NCBI GenBank assembly: GCA_050948885.1
Contig: JBMNER010000004.1
Location: 18,965-82,964 of the forward strand
Length of the DNA stretch: 64,000 nt
Reading direction: 5' to 3'
DNA from: Bacilli bacterium
GTDB lineage: Bacteria > Bacillota_I > Bacilli_A > RF39 > UBA660
Shown here: positions 29,389 to 40,318 of the stretch, one piece after another
Layout: the number at the start of each line of letters is the position of its first letter
How positions within the stretch are numbered: the first letter of the stretch is position 1
Translations under genes and position numbers: made by a program
The notes under the pieces: generated by a model
Seen by the model: only the letters and a program-made list of their open reading frames with translations
Told to the model about the DNA's origin: nothing
The model's database searches: none

Positions 29389-29910
29389 TTATTCGTAATA
29401 CTTCCCTATTTTTAATAAGCCCCTTTTATGTAGTTTCTTTAATATTATTTTTTCGATGAAGCGATTAAAAAAGTTTAACTTATGGTCTTTAACACTAATA
29501 GAATTAACTAAGATTGTTTTAAAGCCTAACCGATTGCCACCATAAATATCCGTTAATAATAAATCGCCGATACAAGCAATCTCTGATTCCTGATATTTAA
29601 ATTCCCGCATCACTTTTAAGTATTTAAATTTAAAAGGTTTAAAAGCGGGACAACAACAGTCAATCTCTAATCCTTCTTTAAAAGGCAAAGCTCTTTTTTT
29701 TAAATTATTGGAAAAAATAATTACTTTAAAACCCTGTTCTTTTAAGGCGGCAAATAATTCTTTTTGTTTTTTCATGGGCTTTTTAACTTGTAATGGCACC
29801 ACCGTATTATCTAAATCAATTAACAAACATTTAATGCCATGCTTTTTTAATTTTTTATAATTAATAGTATAAATACTTTTTTGATAGATATCAGGTACAA
29901 ACTTATCCAC
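29389..29910 (-). CDS. YqeG-family HAD-IIIA phosphatase
   Basis: DLDNTVV motif I, IFSNN motif and GDLLLTDIYGGN motif IV. Adjacent to rsmI. Confidence 0.7.
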   Translation of the reverse strand: MDKFVPDIYQKSIYTINYKKLKKHGIKCLLIDLDNTVVPLQVKKPMKKQKELFAALKEQGFKVIIFSNNLKKRALPFKEGLEIDCCCPAFKPFKFKYLKVMREFKYQESEIACIGDLLLTDIYGGNRLGFKTILVNSISVKDHKLNFFNRFIEKIILKKLHKRGLLKIGKYYE

Positions 29911-29927
29911 TTAATCAATCCTTTCTC

Positions 29928-30824
29928 TTAAGATGTATCCTTAGCCTTTAATAAAATATCTTTTAAATTTAAGGAGGCTTGATAGACTTCCTTTTTAGTA
30001 ACTCCTGGTTTTCTTTTTTTAGTCACTCTAGTAATTGCTTCTTTTAAGGTTACTTCTTCTTTAATTAAAGTATCAATTAAATCAGCTTCAATACTATATG
30101 GCGACTCATCTTTTAATACCATATTGGTTCTTTTATTTATAATGATAACATATTCACCTAATGCATAGTTTTTATGTTGCTTTAATTGATTAATTACTTC
30201 ACTACATAAACCATAATATTTTCTTGCAAATTTTTTGGTTAAATCATTACCGACACATAAATAAGGATTATATAGATGTTGTTTAATTTTAATTAGCGTA
30301 TCCATGATTCTTTTGGGGGCTTCATATAAAACGGCCAGCGGAGGACTGTCATGATTAATAGTTGCTAGTAAAGCTTTAATATCGTTATCTTTACGGGGTA
30401 CAAAACCATAAAAAGTAAAGGAAGAGATATTAAAACCAGATACTGATAAACCCACAATGGCAGCATTCATCCCCCCAATACCTAATACTTTGATATTATT
30501 ATCAATCGCGCTTTTTACTAAAATGCTCCCTGGGTCAGATAGACAAGGCGTTCCCGCATCAGTAATAATGGCTACCTTTTTTCCTTGTTTTAACATGGCG
30601 ATGATTGATTTAGTTTGTTTTTTTTCATTAAATTTATGATAACTGATTAAGGGCTTTTTAATCTGATAATGGTTAAGTAATTTAATTGATACACGCGTAT
30701 CTTCCGCGGCAATTAAATCAACCGCTTTTAATACTTCTAACGCATTAAGGGTGATATCTTTTAAATTACCAATCGGTGTGGCGACCACGAATAACTCTCC
30801 AGGCATGATTAGTCCCCCCTTCAT
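29928..30824 (-). CDS. rsmI: 16S rRNA (cytidine1402-2'-O)-methyltransferase RsmI
   Basis: Tetrapyrrole-methylase fold, N-terminus LFVVATPIGNLKDITLNALEVLK. Confidence 0.9.
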   Translation of the reverse strand: MKGGLIMPGELFVVATPIGNLKDITLNALEVLKAVDLIAAEDTRVSIKLLNHYQIKKPLISYHKFNEKKQTKSIIAMLKQGKKVAIITDAGTPCLSDPGSILVKSAIDNNIKVLGIGGMNAAIVGLSVSGFNISSFTFYGFVPRKDNDIKALLATINHDSPPLAVLYEAPKRIMDTLIKIKQHLYNPYLCVGNDLTKKFARKYYGLCSEVINQLKQHKNYALGEYVIIINKRTNMVLKDESPYSIEADLIDTLIKEEVTLKEAITRVTKKRKPGVTKKEVYQASLNLKDILLKAKDTS

Positions 30825-30853
30825 TAAATTAATACTATTATATCACAGTAAAC

Positions 30854-32065
30854 TCAGTCTTTTTTAATATCTTTGGGTGGTTTTTTTATCAAGGTGCCCT
30901 TCTTAATAATGTCTGGTCCATACTTAGCTTTTAACGCATCAACAGTACGATCTAATTGATGAAGATGGTCTCTTATGGTTAAATCTTCAAATAAGGATAA
31001 TTGATGATTAATATCATTAACTAAGTCTGATAAACTAATACCAATTAAACGCAAGGGTTCTTTCGTCCACATTTTTTGAAACAATAGTTTAGCGACTTCA
31101 TATATTTCTTTAGTAATATTAGTTGCGTTCGCTAATTTCTTTTGATGGGTATAGCTTTTAAAAAGGCGGTCTTTTAAATTGACCATAATAACCCGGGCAT
31201 ATTTACCTTCTTTACGTAAGGTGATTCCTAAGTCTTCGGCCAACGCTAATAAAACTTTATAGGCATCAACGGCAGTAGTAATATCTTGCGCGAGCGTTTG
31301 TGATTTACTAAAACCCTTGGGGTCATCTTTTTCAATCTTTAATAAGGAACTATCAATCCCATTAGCGCTTTTATGTAACTCCAGAGCCCGACTTTTAAAA
31401 AGCGGATATAAAATATTAATATCCGTTTGGGCTAAAGCACCGATTGTGTGAATATTAAGAGCCTCTAATTTAGTCGTGGTTTTTACCCCTACTCCAAATA
31501 ACGAACCAACTGGTAAGACCCATAATTTTTCTTTAATTTCCTCGGGAAACAAAGTATGAACTTGGTCTGGTTTAGAAAAATCAGAAGCCATTTTCGCACA
31601 TAACTTATTATGAGCAATACCGATATTAACACTGAACCCTAATTTAGCTTTTATCTCCTCTTTTAGTTGATAGGCAAATTTAATGGGGTCACCATATAAT
31701 TTTTTTACTTTGCCATAGTCAAGAAAGCATTCATCAATTGAGAAAATTTCTAAATCAGGCGTATAACGACCTAGTAAAGTAAATAAAGCCTTTGACATCT
31801 GTTCATATACTTTATATTGAGGCGGATATACTTTTAAATTGGAACACTTCCCTCGAGCACTATATAAACTCTCGCCAGTTAAGATTCCTTTTTGTTTGGC
31901 TAAATTGCTTTTAGCCAGAACCACTCCTTTTCTTTTTTTTTCATCGCCACCGATAACAGCGCATTCATTTCGAATATCATTTGGATAACCATTCTTTAAG
32001 CGATAAACCGCACTCCATGATAAAAAAGCGGCGTTAACATCAATATGAAAAATAATTTCTTTCAT
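30854..32065 (-). CDS. dinB: Y-family DNA polymerase IV (DinB); start moved to ATG at 32065 (MKEIIFHIDVNAAF)
   Basis: IDVNAAF and SIDECFLD catalytic motifs. A GGGGTGA ribosome-binding site lies 5 nt upstream of 32065. The track start at 32092 is a TTG with no RBS. Confidence 0.8.
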   Translation of the reverse strand: MKEIIFHIDVNAAFLSWSAVYRLKNGYPNDIRNECAVIGGDEKKRKGVVLAKSNLAKQKGILTGESLYSARGKCSNLKVYPPQYKVYEQMSKALFTLLGRYTPDLEIFSIDECFLDYGKVKKLYGDPIKFAYQLKEEIKAKLGFSVNIGIAHNKLCAKMASDFSKPDQVHTLFPEEIKEKLWVLPVGSLFGVGVKTTTKLEALNIHTIGALAQTDINILYPLFKSRALELHKSANGIDSSLLKIEKDDPKGFSKSQTLAQDITTAVDAYKVLLALAEDLGITLRKEGKYARVIMVNLKDRLFKSYTHQKKLANATNITKEIYEVAKLLFQKMWTKEPLRLIGISLSDLVNDINHQLSLFEDLTIRDHLHQLDRTVDALKAKYGPDIIKKGTLIKKPPKDIKKD

Positions 32066-32084
32066 GTTATCACCCCAATATTTT

Positions 32085-33293
32085 TTAACCAAACATTAAC
32101 CAATCTGGTTTAAAAGCCATTAATAAGGCAATTAAAATCATTAAAAGGCCACCAATTAAATGATTATATTTAGTATATTTAGTTGATATGCCCTTTAATT
32201 TAAAGGTCACCATTGCTATTGTAAAAATAATAATGTGATCTAGCATAAAGAAAAAAAGATATAACAATAAATACCAATAATAACTAATATGGGTAACATT
32301 ATTTAATACTAAAATTTGAATATAAACAAGCGGAATTCCCACCGAACAAAGTAACTCAATTAGATTAACGGAAATTGCAAGAATAGTGATACCAATCATA
32401 CCAAGTAATAAATTATTACGACTGGTGAAGTTTTTAATATGGGTGAGTATTTTTTGTTGTTGACGCTCATTAGTAACTTCACAACCAGATTTAGGGGCGC
32501 TAAAATAAGCTTTTAAATGATAAAGACCACCAAGTAAAGCAGCCGCAATAATGAATAATTTAAGCCAAAATAGAGACTTAAGAACTAAAACCACTTGTAA
32601 CCAACTAGTCATAAAAAGAAAGTAAATAAACGCCGACGCGAGAATAAAAGTCATTCCTAAAATAAACATTTTACGGCGATCATTCATGCCAATTAAAATA
32701 CTAATTAACAAGATTAAAATCCATAAAGCACAAGGATTAAACCCATCAATTAATCCTAAAATGATGGTGATAATAGGTAATGAAAATTGAGCTAGATTAA
32801 TAGTACCTATAATTGGTAAAGTGATTTGATATGATGAATTATTATTATTATCGGTTGATTCTGAGTTAGAATCATTACTTGGAGCTTTAACAATACCAAG
32901 CATTTCGCCCACATAATCACGATAAGGGTTATTTAAATAATAAGTAATGGCCTTTTCTATTTGTGAACCGGTCATAGATATGGAAAAGCCAGTAAATGTT
33001 TGATCCCCAATGACGGTAAAAGGAACACCGCGAAAATTGGTATCTAATAAGGTCTCAATATCCTTTAATATCTTTTGGGTTTCATGACTAGCAGTTTCAT
33101 AATCATAAACCGTTATTTGCGGATATTTATTAGTTATTTTCCTTAAAAAAGCCCTCTCAGTATTACAGTGGGGACATCCATCACGCCAAAAAAAATGTAT
33201 ATTAACATCATTTGTCGCTTCAATCTTTAAAGGAATTAAGATAAAGACAATAACGATTAAGAATAAATATTTCAAATGTTTGTTCAAAGTCAT
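32085..33293 (-). CDS. Thioredoxin-like (CPHC) domain fused to a CcdA/DsbD-type transmembrane disulfide-reductase domain
   Basis: N-terminal signal, then WRDGCPHC thioredoxin motif. A polytopic domain follows with GFNPCALWIL and a second Cys in LLCSVGIPL. Confidence 0.65.
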   Translation of the reverse strand: MTLNKHLKYLFLIVIVFILIPLKIEATNDVNIHFFWRDGCPHCNTERAFLRKITNKYPQITVYDYETASHETQKILKDIETLLDTNFRGVPFTVIGDQTFTGFSISMTGSQIEKAITYYLNNPYRDYVGEMLGIVKAPSNDSNSESTDNNNNSSYQITLPIIGTINLAQFSLPIITIILGLIDGFNPCALWILILLISILIGMNDRRKMFILGMTFILASAFIYFLFMTSWLQVVLVLKSLFWLKLFIIAAALLGGLYHLKAYFSAPKSGCEVTNERQQQKILTHIKNFTSRNNLLLGMIGITILAISVNLIELLCSVGIPLVYIQILVLNNVTHISYYWYLLLYLFFFMLDHIIIFTIAMVTFKLKGISTKYTKYNHLIGGLLMILIALLMAFKPDWLMFG

Positions 33294-33440
33294 TACCTCC
33301 TGTTAAGTATCATAATATGACTCTATTAACCACTATACTATTTTTTTGATTATTTGGCTACTATTTATCATTATTATTCTCTAAAAGACGCCATATAAAG
33401 ACATTATTTTCTTTTTATTTCATACTTTATTATAAAGGGT

Positions 33441-34154
33441 GTGGTTACAATGTTAGTACATCTCATCGCTTTTTTTAAATCATTTTTTTTCTTTACGGCT
33501 TCCTATAGTCACAATCTCTTTCCTGAACCACTTACAAAAGAAGAGGAAGAAAAATTAATAAAAGAGATGCAGCTTGGTGATAAGGAAGCCCGTAATAAAA
33601 TTATTGAGCATAACCTTCGTTTAGTCGCCCATATTGTTAAAAAATTTGATAAGAAAAGAAACGATATTGATGATTTAATTAGTATTGGAACGATTGGTTT
33701 AATTAAAGGAGTTGATTCTTACTCTAGTAAACATGGAACCAAAATAACTACTTACTGTGCCCGCTGTATTGAAAATGAAATATTGATGCATTTTCGAAGT
33801 GATAAAAAAAATGTCCGCAATGTCAGTCTTAATTCACTAGTTGGTTATGATAAAGATGGTAATGAAATTGCTTTTATTGATATTATTAAAACCCCCCACC
33901 CTGATTATGTCGAAGCCATTCATACTAAAAATAATATTAATTTATTAAAAAAATATATGCAGGGCTTAAATGAACGAGAGAAAAACATTATTACTAAACG
34001 CTATGGATTAGATAATCAGGATGAATTAACGCAAAAACAAATTGCTCAAGAATTAAACATTTCCCGGAGCTATGTATCCAGAATTGAAAAAAGAGCTTTA
34101 ACTAAAATTTTAAAAGAATTTATTAAAAGTAAAAATTACTCATATTTTGAGTAA
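33441..34154 (+). CDS. sigK: Pro-sigma-K, uninterrupted
   Basis: Pro-sequence and NLFPEPLT match the B. subtilis pro-sigmaK NAFPQPLS. IEHNLRLVAHIVKKF is identical. YCARCIENEILMHFR and ISRSYVSRIEKRAL also match. Confidence 0.85.
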   Translation: MVTMLVHLIAFFKSFFFFTASYSHNLFPEPLTKEEEEKLIKEMQLGDKEARNKIIEHNLRLVAHIVKKFDKKRNDIDDLISIGTIGLIKGVDSYSSKHGTKITTYCARCIENEILMHFRSDKKNVRNVSLNSLVGYDKDGNEIAFIDIIKTPHPDYVEAIHTKNNINLLKKYMQGLNEREKNIITKRYGLDNQDELTQKQIAQELNISRSYVSRIEKRALTKILKEFIKSKNYSYFE

Positions 34155-34156
34155 TT

Positions 34157-34843
34157 TTACAAATTTAAATGGCGTTTTATCACGTTATATAACTCTTGAT
34201 GGGTATCGGTAATAGTTTTTATATTGTTATCTTTCACACAGTTAATAATAGGCCAATTATAAAGGGCCGCTAATTCTTTATAAGCGCGTTCGGCATTTCT
34301 TAGATGTTCTTCTGAGGCTTCGTGATGATCTAGTAATTTATTATGACTACGATACCTTTTTAGTTCAGCGGCTTGTTCATAAGGCATATAAAGTAGAAGC
34401 GTAATATCGGGGATTGGTAACGCTAGTAAATCATGTTCTAGTTGATGAAGCCATTCAAACATCTTTTTCCGTTCCGCTTTGGTTTTTATTTTGCCACCTT
34501 GGTGACCCATATTTGATGTGGTATAGCGATCTAAAATAACCCAATAACCGGCCGCTAACCACTCCATAATTTGGGGACAATTATACCGGCGATCAGCCGC
34601 ATAATATAAAGAGGCCACTTTCGGATCAACATTTGTGGCATTTTCCGTAAAAAAGCTCTCACAAATTTCTTTTTTCCCTAAATAAGGGCCACCGACAATC
34701 TTTCCCGTTGGGGTGTCATAATTAGGGAACGCTAAGGTTTTTACCTTAATACCTTCGCTTTCTAATCTTGATACTAATAATTCCGTCTGAGTTTGTTTCC
34801 CTGAACCATCTGTTCCTTCAATAACAATTAACTTACCGCGCAT
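34157..34843 (-). CDS. Thymidylate-kinase-family (dNMP kinase) protein
   Basis: P-loop IVIEGTDGSGKQTQ and DRY-like motif ILDRY. Diverges from canonical Tmk. Confidence 0.55.
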   Translation of the reverse strand: MRGKLIVIEGTDGSGKQTQTELLVSRLESEGIKVKTLAFPNYDTPTGKIVGGPYLGKKEICESFFTENATNVDPKVASLYYAADRRYNCPQIMEWLAAGYWVILDRYTTSNMGHQGGKIKTKAERKKMFEWLHQLEHDLLALPIPDITLLLYMPYEQAAELKRYRSHNKLLDHHEASEEHLRNAERAYKELAALYNWPIINCVKDNNIKTITDTHQELYNVIKRHLNL

Positions 34844-34851
34844 ATAACCTC

Positions 34852-35943
34852 CTATTTAATAAAATTTATTAATATTGCGTTAGAAATGTATAATTTATCT
34901 TCTTTTATATAAATATTTTCACCATCATCAATTAAATCACCCTTTTTAATTAAATCATAAATACTTGGAAATACGGTATCAATACTTTGTTGGTATTTGT
35001 TTTTAAAATGGACTTTATTAATCCCCGTAATTTTTCTTAACCCTAAAATCATTTCATTTTCTACTTGTTCTTGGTTGGTTACTTTTCTTTCTTTATAACG
35101 ATAATGACCCATATAATAATTGGTGATACTTTTGGTATTAGAGTATCTAATATTATTTAAATAACCGTGAGCGCCTAAGCCGAAACCATAGTATTCTTCA
35201 TTATCCCAATAGGTTAGATTATGTTTTGATTGGTATCCGGGTTTGGAAAAATTACTTATTTCATAGTGTTGATAACCGCGTTTTTTTAAGATGCGACAAA
35301 TATAATTATACATTAATAATTCTTTTTTTTCATCTATAAAAGGAATCTTTTTTAAAAATAATTGGGTATGCGGTTCAATATTTAAACTATAAGTAGCGAG
35401 ATGATTAATTTTATATTTTAAGATCAGTTTTAAATCTTGTTTTAGATTAATTAGACTTTGTTGATAAAAACCATACATTAAATCAACACTGATATTATCA
35501 AAGCCTAATTGTTGGGCCGCTTTAATTAAATTTTTAACCTCCTGATTAGTATGTTGGCGGCCTAAAAACTGTAAATGTTTTTTATTAAAGGTTTGGACCC
35601 CGATACTTAAACGATTAATGTTATTTTGTTTAAATAAAATAAGTTTTGATTCATCAGTATTTTCGGGATTACATTCAATGGTAAATTCACCATCTGGGAC
35701 TAATTTAAATAATTTGATTAGGCGAAATAAAGTCTTTAATTGATTTAAGTTTAACGCGGTGGGAGTACCGCCCCCAATATATATAGTTTTAATTAATTCG
35801 CCTTGATAATACTGCTTAATTTCTTTTTCTAAGGCGATTAAGTAACGATCAACTAATAATTTGTGGTAATAAATTTTATTAAAATCACAATAATGACAAA
35901 TATGAGTACAAAAGGGAATGTGAATATAAACCGCTTTCATCAT
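34852..35943 (-). CDS. hemW: Radical-SAM heme chaperone HemW (HemN-like)
   Basis: CxxxCxYC motif CTHICHYCDF. Immediately downstream of lepA as in Bacillus. Confidence 0.85.
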   Translation of the reverse strand: MMKAVYIHIPFCTHICHYCDFNKIYYHKLLVDRYLIALEKEIKQYYQGELIKTIYIGGGTPTALNLNQLKTLFRLIKLFKLVPDGEFTIECNPENTDESKLILFKQNNINRLSIGVQTFNKKHLQFLGRQHTNQEVKNLIKAAQQLGFDNISVDLMYGFYQQSLINLKQDLKLILKYKINHLATYSLNIEPHTQLFLKKIPFIDEKKELLMYNYICRILKKRGYQHYEISNFSKPGYQSKHNLTYWDNEEYYGFGLGAHGYLNNIRYSNTKSITNYYMGHYRYKERKVTNQEQVENEMILGLRKITGINKVHFKNKYQQSIDTVFPSIYDLIKKGDLIDDGENIYIKEDKLYISNAILINFIK

Positions 35944-37739
35944 TACTCATCAGTACTAAGAATGGTTAAAAAGGCCTCTTGGGGGACCGCCACCGAGCCA
36001 ATTTGCTTCATTCTTTTTTTTCCTTCTTTTTGTTTTTCTAATAATTTACGTTTACGGGTGATATCGCCACCGTAACATTTAGCGGTAACATTTTTACGGA
36101 CGGCTTTAATATCAGTTCTCGCAATAACTTTACCACCAATAACCGCTTGAATAGGAATCTCAAATTGTTGGCGGGGAATAAGTTGTTTTAACTTTTCGAC
36201 AATTATTTTACCGCGAGCATACGCTGATGGGCGATGAATAATGCTACTTAAAGCATCCACTACTTCACTATTTAGTAAAATATCCATTTTAATTAAATCA
36301 CTATTTTTATAACCAACTAATTCATAATCAAAAGAAGCATAACCTTTGGTTGATGATTTTAGTTTATCAAAAAAATCATAAACTATCTCCGCAAAAGGAA
36401 GTTCATAAATAATATTAACATTACTTTTATTTAAATATTTAATATTAATATATTGGCCTCTTTTTTGTTGACAAAGTTCCATAACCGGACCAATATATTC
36501 ACTAGGGGCGATAATATTAGTTTTAATATAGGGTTCTTTAATACTTAGTATTTGTTGACGGGGCGGCATTTTCGCGGGACTATCAATCGTGATGATTTCG
36601 TTATTATTTAAAGTTAGCTCATAAATAACACTAGGACTAGTAGTAATAACATCAATATTATATTCACGTTCTAAGCGTTCTTTAATAATTTCCATATGTA
36701 ACAGACCTAAAAAGCCGCAACGAAAACCAAAACCTAAAGCTTGTGAAGTTTCACCAGTAAATTGAAACGAAGCATCATTTAACTTAAGTTTGGTAAGCGC
36801 TTCCCGTAGTTCATTATATTTAGTGGAGTCAATAGGATACAAGCCACAAAAAACCATTGATTTAATCATCTGATATCCTGGTAAGGGTTGGGTAGCTGGT
36901 TTATTACTATGAGTAATAGTATCACCAACTTTAATATCATTAAGGGCTTTAATACTAGCGGTGACCCACCCTACTTCGCCAGTTACTAATTGGTCTTTTT
37001 TTATGGCGGTAGGCGTATTAATACCTAATTCTTCAACAGTATATTGTTTATTAGTATTCATTAAGGTGATTTGATCCCCTACCGCGAGCTCTCCATTTAC
37101 AACCCGAATTAACGATACGGCTCCCCGATATAAATCAAAAAAACTATCAAAAATTAAAGCTTGTAAAGGCGCTTTGGCGTCACCTTTTGGATAAGGGAGA
37201 CGATTAATAATCGTCTTTATTAATTCTTCAACCCCGTGCCCTGTTTTCGCACTAACTAATAAAATATCTTCGGCAACACAGCCGAGTAATTCGATTAACT
37301 CCTGTTTTACCTTATCAATATCAGCATTTGGTAAATCAATTTTATTAATCACGGGAATAATAACTAAATTATGTTCTTTGGCTAAATAAACATTAGCTAA
37401 AGTTTGCGCCTGAATGCCTTGAGCCGCATCAACCACTAAAACAGCGCCTTCACACGCTGCTAAACTCCTTGATACTTCATAGGAAAAATCAACATGTCCT
37501 GGGGTATCAATTAAATGCAGGTAATAATCAACACCTTGATAACGATACTTTAACTGAACAGCATTTAATTTAATCGTAATACCCCGTTCACGTTCAATAT
37601 CCATATTATCCAGTAATTGTTCTTTTCTATCACGCTCACTAATCGCGTCGGTAATCTCAAGGATACGATCAGCTAAAGTACTCTTACCATGATCAATATG
37701 AGCAATGATGGCAAAATTACGAAAGTTTTGTTGTTGCAT
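35943..37739 (-). CDS. lepA: Translation elongation factor 4 (LepA)
   Basis: G-domain [21 protein letters not shown] and the LepA-specific C-terminal domain. Confidence 0.95.
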   Translation of the reverse strand: MQQQNFRNFAIIAHIDHGKSTLADRILEITDAISERDRKEQLLDNMDIERERGITIKLNAVQLKYRYQGVDYYLHLIDTPGHVDFSYEVSRSLAACEGAVLVVDAAQGIQAQTLANVYLAKEHNLVIIPVINKIDLPNADIDKVKQELIELLGCVAEDILLVSAKTGHGVEELIKTIINRLPYPKGDAKAPLQALIFDSFFDLYRGAVSLIRVVNGELAVGDQITLMNTNKQYTVEELGINTPTAIKKDQLVTGEVGWVTASIKALNDIKVGDTITHSNKPATQPLPGYQMIKSMVFCGLYPIDSTKYNELREALTKLKLNDASFQFTGETSQALGFGFRCGFLGLLHMEIIKERLEREYNIDVITTSPSVIYELTLNNNEIITIDSPAKMPPRQQILSIKEPYIKTNIIAPSEYIGPVMELCQQKRGQYINIKYLNKSNVNIIYELPFAEIVYDFFDKLKSSTKGYASFDYELVGYKNSDLIKMDILLNSEVVDALSSIIHRPSAYARGKIIVEKLKQLIPRQQFEIPIQAVIGGKVIARTDIKAVRKNVTAKCYGGDITRKRKLLEKQKEGKKRMKQIGSVAVPQEAFLTILSTDE

Positions 37740-37755
37740 ATAACCACCTAGTCAT

Positions 37756-37784
37756 ATTATAACAAGAGGGTATCATTATCACAA
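37756..37784 (-). promoter_or_regulatory. Promoter for lepA: -35 TTGTGA, 17-nt spacer, extended -10 TGTTATAAT (minus strand)
   Basis: Reverse complement reads TTGTGAtaatgataccctcttgtTATAAT. TG is at -15/-14. Confidence 0.45.
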
Positions 37785-37803
37785 CCAAAACTATAATTGT
37801 AGA

Positions 37804-38121
37804 CTAAACAAATAGATTACGGATGATATTTAAGATCACATCTAAAGCACTATGAAAGATATTTTCTACCAAACGGGAGGTTTTAAATCCCACTTCGGAA
37901 GCCTTATTGTGATAATTGTGATCGTCACTTTCAATATAGTGATCAATATCAATTGGTTTGCCCGCCTTAACATCAGCTTCAAATTGTTTAATCTTCTCCT
38001 GTGTTATACGGACCCGACGATATTGTTCATATTCATGATAGCCAGTCGCTTGGGCTAGATATAAGACGAAAAACGCTAAAAATAAAATTAAAACTAATAT
38101 TTTGGGCCAATTCTTACTCAT
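37804..38121 (-). CDS. YqxA-like (DUF3679) small membrane-anchored protein
   Basis: N-terminal TM helix. Position between spoIIP and lepA mirrors B. subtilis yqxA. Confidence 0.5.
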   Translation of the reverse strand: MSKNWPKILVLILFLAFFVLYLAQATGYHEYEQYRRVRITQEKIKQFEADVKAGKPIDIDHYIESDDHNYHNKASEVGFKTSRLVENIFHSALDVILNIIRNLFV

Positions 38122-39149
38122 TTCTTATCACCTTTAATATAATTAAAGAGGATATGAGCCATGACTTCTGTCGTATTAGTGACCTCATCAATCGTATTAT
38201 CAACGCCCCCTATTTCTAGTAACATTATATTAGAGGCTAAATCTTGATTATAAACCCCATTAACACCTGGACCAGATTTAGTTAAAACCCCCCTACTTAA
38301 ACCAGGATAACGGGCTTCTATTTGGGTATGTAAAGTACGGGCGAAGGTTAAATTAGGTAAATAATTTTGATGTTCCAAACCAACAACAAATAAAAGACGC
38401 GCATAGGGTTTATCACCAATAACAATAGTACTTTTCGCTTTTTTAGTGGAATCACGATGAATATCAATAAAATATTTTAAGGTAACTTGTTGACTCATCA
38501 CCTCTTTTAGTAGAAAACGTGATGCTTGATAGGAATGAGCATGGGACCAGTTATTAAGACGCATGAACTCGGTTAAATTGGTTTCATCAACCATCGTTGG
38601 TACTCCAAGTTTATTTAGATGTTCCCTTAAGATGTAAGACGCCATCATTACATTAGGCCGAATATTATATATTTCCGTATTAGTCATTTGATAGGTTTCT
38701 AATTGATGAGAATTATAAAGATAAATTAGGGGATTTAAAACAGTCGTGGGATTAGGATTGGGAATATAATCAGTTTCCTTTTTTAGATCTTCAAAGTCAC
38801 TATAATCATCCGCAAACGCTAAGCCGGAAATTAAATCATCATTAACCTTACTAAGATCAACTAAATAAGCAAAACTTTGATGCAGAATTAAATGTGGTTC
38901 TTGTAGGTTATTATTAGTAAGCACCTTAATTAAATTATTAACCAAATTTAATTTATTAACCGTAGTCTGTGGAGTGTTCATGGGGGTTAATAATAAATTA
39001 AAAAAAGCTTCGTTATTAATACTAAGACCAGGAAATAAAAATCTAACAAAAAGACTAATAATTAAATAAAGTCCGAAAAAAAATAAAAGGTATTTATAAG
39101 TAAAGCGCCTTTTTCTAAGCGCGATAAATCTTCGTCTCATAGATATCAC
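38118..39149 (-). CDS. spoIIP: Stage II sporulation protein P (SpoIIP)
   Basis: C-terminal SpoIIP family motifs (TFARTLHTQIEARYPGLSRGV, IMLLEIGG). gpr-spoIIP synteny. Confidence 0.8.
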   Translation of the reverse strand: MISMRRRFIALRKRRFTYKYLLFFFGLYLIISLFVRFLFPGLSINNEAFFNLLLTPMNTPQTTVNKLNLVNNLIKVLTNNNLQEPHLILHQSFAYLVDLSKVNDDLISGLAFADDYSDFEDLKKETDYIPNPNPTTVLNPLIYLYNSHQLETYQMTNTEIYNIRPNVMMASYILREHLNKLGVPTMVDETNLTEFMRLNNWSHAHSYQASRFLLKEVMSQQVTLKYFIDIHRDSTKKAKSTIVIGDKPYARLLFVVGLEHQNYLPNLTFARTLHTQIEARYPGLSRGVLTKSGPGVNGVYNQDLASNIMLLEIGGVDNTIDEVTNTTEVMAHILFNYIKGDKK

Positions 39150-39186
39150 CTTATAGAAATCTATGTTTAATTGCCCTTTTATAGAC

Positions 39187-40224
39187 CTATACTTGTTTAT
39201 GAAGCGCTTTATTAATACCTTCGGCTAAAACTAAACTTAGTTTAAGAATAAGAAAATCTATTTCTTTGGGTGTAACCATTAAATTATAACCAAGTGGACT
39301 TAATACTTCATAAATTAACCTTTTCCTCTCCTCTTCGCTTAAATTACCTAATAAACCCATTAGTTTATTCTGATCTTGTGCATCCATATTGTTTTTTTTA
39401 TCATCATTAACAATAGCATCAGGCGTAATTACCTTCTCGGTGCCACTTTTTAAGTTCTCTTTCTGATAAGAAACATAATTGGTGATAAAATTAATGGTTT
39501 CACTGACAATAGTAACCGCATCAACAACCGTTGGTATTCCAACGGCAATAACGGGTATACCTAATAATTCTTGACTTAATTCTAAGCGGTTATTACCAAC
39601 ACCACTACCAGGATTAACCCCGGTATCAGTCATTTGGATGGTTTTATTAACACGCGTAATTGATTGGGAGGCTAAGGCATCAATAATTAATAAAAAATCT
39701 GGTTGTACCTCACGAACCACACCCGTAATAATTTTACTGGTTTCAATACCAGTAGTACCCATAACCCCAGGGGTTAAAGCACTAACGTTGCGAAAACCAG
39801 GTTGGACTGCTTCACCTAAAGTAAATAAATACTTGGTTACTAGAATATCATTAATAACAGCAGGGCCAAGCGAATCAGGGGTAGATTTATCATTACCAAG
39901 GCCAATGACTAAACAGGTATAATCAGGGGGAATCTTTAAGTATTCTAAGAAACTACCTAATTCATCAGCAAAAATCTTTAAAACCTTCTCTTGATTGTTA
40001 AAATCAGTTATATCAGCAAACTCAATCGTAATATAACGACCAGCTTTGCGATTAATGATAGATTCATGCTTTTTAGCAATATCAACAATCGTAATAGTAA
40101 TATCATCTTCCGTTCGTTGATTATCCTCAATCTTAATATCTAACTCTTTGGCATTTTCAATGGTTTCAATTAGTAAATCGGTTCTAATTTTATAATCATC
40201 TAAATTAATTTCATGAGCCATCAT
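39187..40224 (-). CDS. gpr: Germination protease GPR
   Basis: Full-length GPR endopeptidase similarity (IRTDLLIE, LVIGLGNDKSTPDSLGP, GIPVIAVGIPTVVDA). Confidence 0.9.
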   Translation of the reverse strand: MMAHEINLDDYKIRTDLLIETIENAKELDIKIEDNQRTEDDITITIVDIAKKHESIINRKAGRYITIEFADITDFNNQEKVLKIFADELGSFLEYLKIPPDYTCLVIGLGNDKSTPDSLGPAVINDILVTKYLFTLGEAVQPGFRNVSALTPGVMGTTGIETSKIITGVVREVQPDFLLIIDALASQSITRVNKTIQMTDTGVNPGSGVGNNRLELSQELLGIPVIAVGIPTVVDAVTIVSETINFITNYVSYQKENLKSGTEKVITPDAIVNDDKKNNMDAQDQNKLMGLLGNLSEEERKRLIYEVLSPLGYNLMVTPKEIDFLILKLSLVLAEGINKALHKQV

Positions 40225-40263
40225 ATCACCTGTTTACTAATTTCCCCAAAGATAAGTTTTTTA

Positions 40264-40292
40264 TTGCATTTTAAGATTATTTTTGTTAAAAT
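40264..40292 (+). promoter_or_regulatory. rpsT promoter: -35 TTGCAT, 17-nt spacer, -10 TAAAAT
   Basis: Hexamers at 40264-69 and 40287-92. GGAGGTGA ribosome-binding site downstream. Confidence 0.45.
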
Positions 40293-40318
40293 GAGGTCAT
40301 TAACATGGAGGTGAAAGA

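Noticed and set aside
32066-32092. Upstream TTG start for dinB giving an 8-nt overlap with the DsbD-like gene
   Set aside because: No RBS before the TTG. A GGGGTGA RBS precedes the ATG at 32065, which also matches the usual DinB N-terminus (IDVNAAF close to the start).
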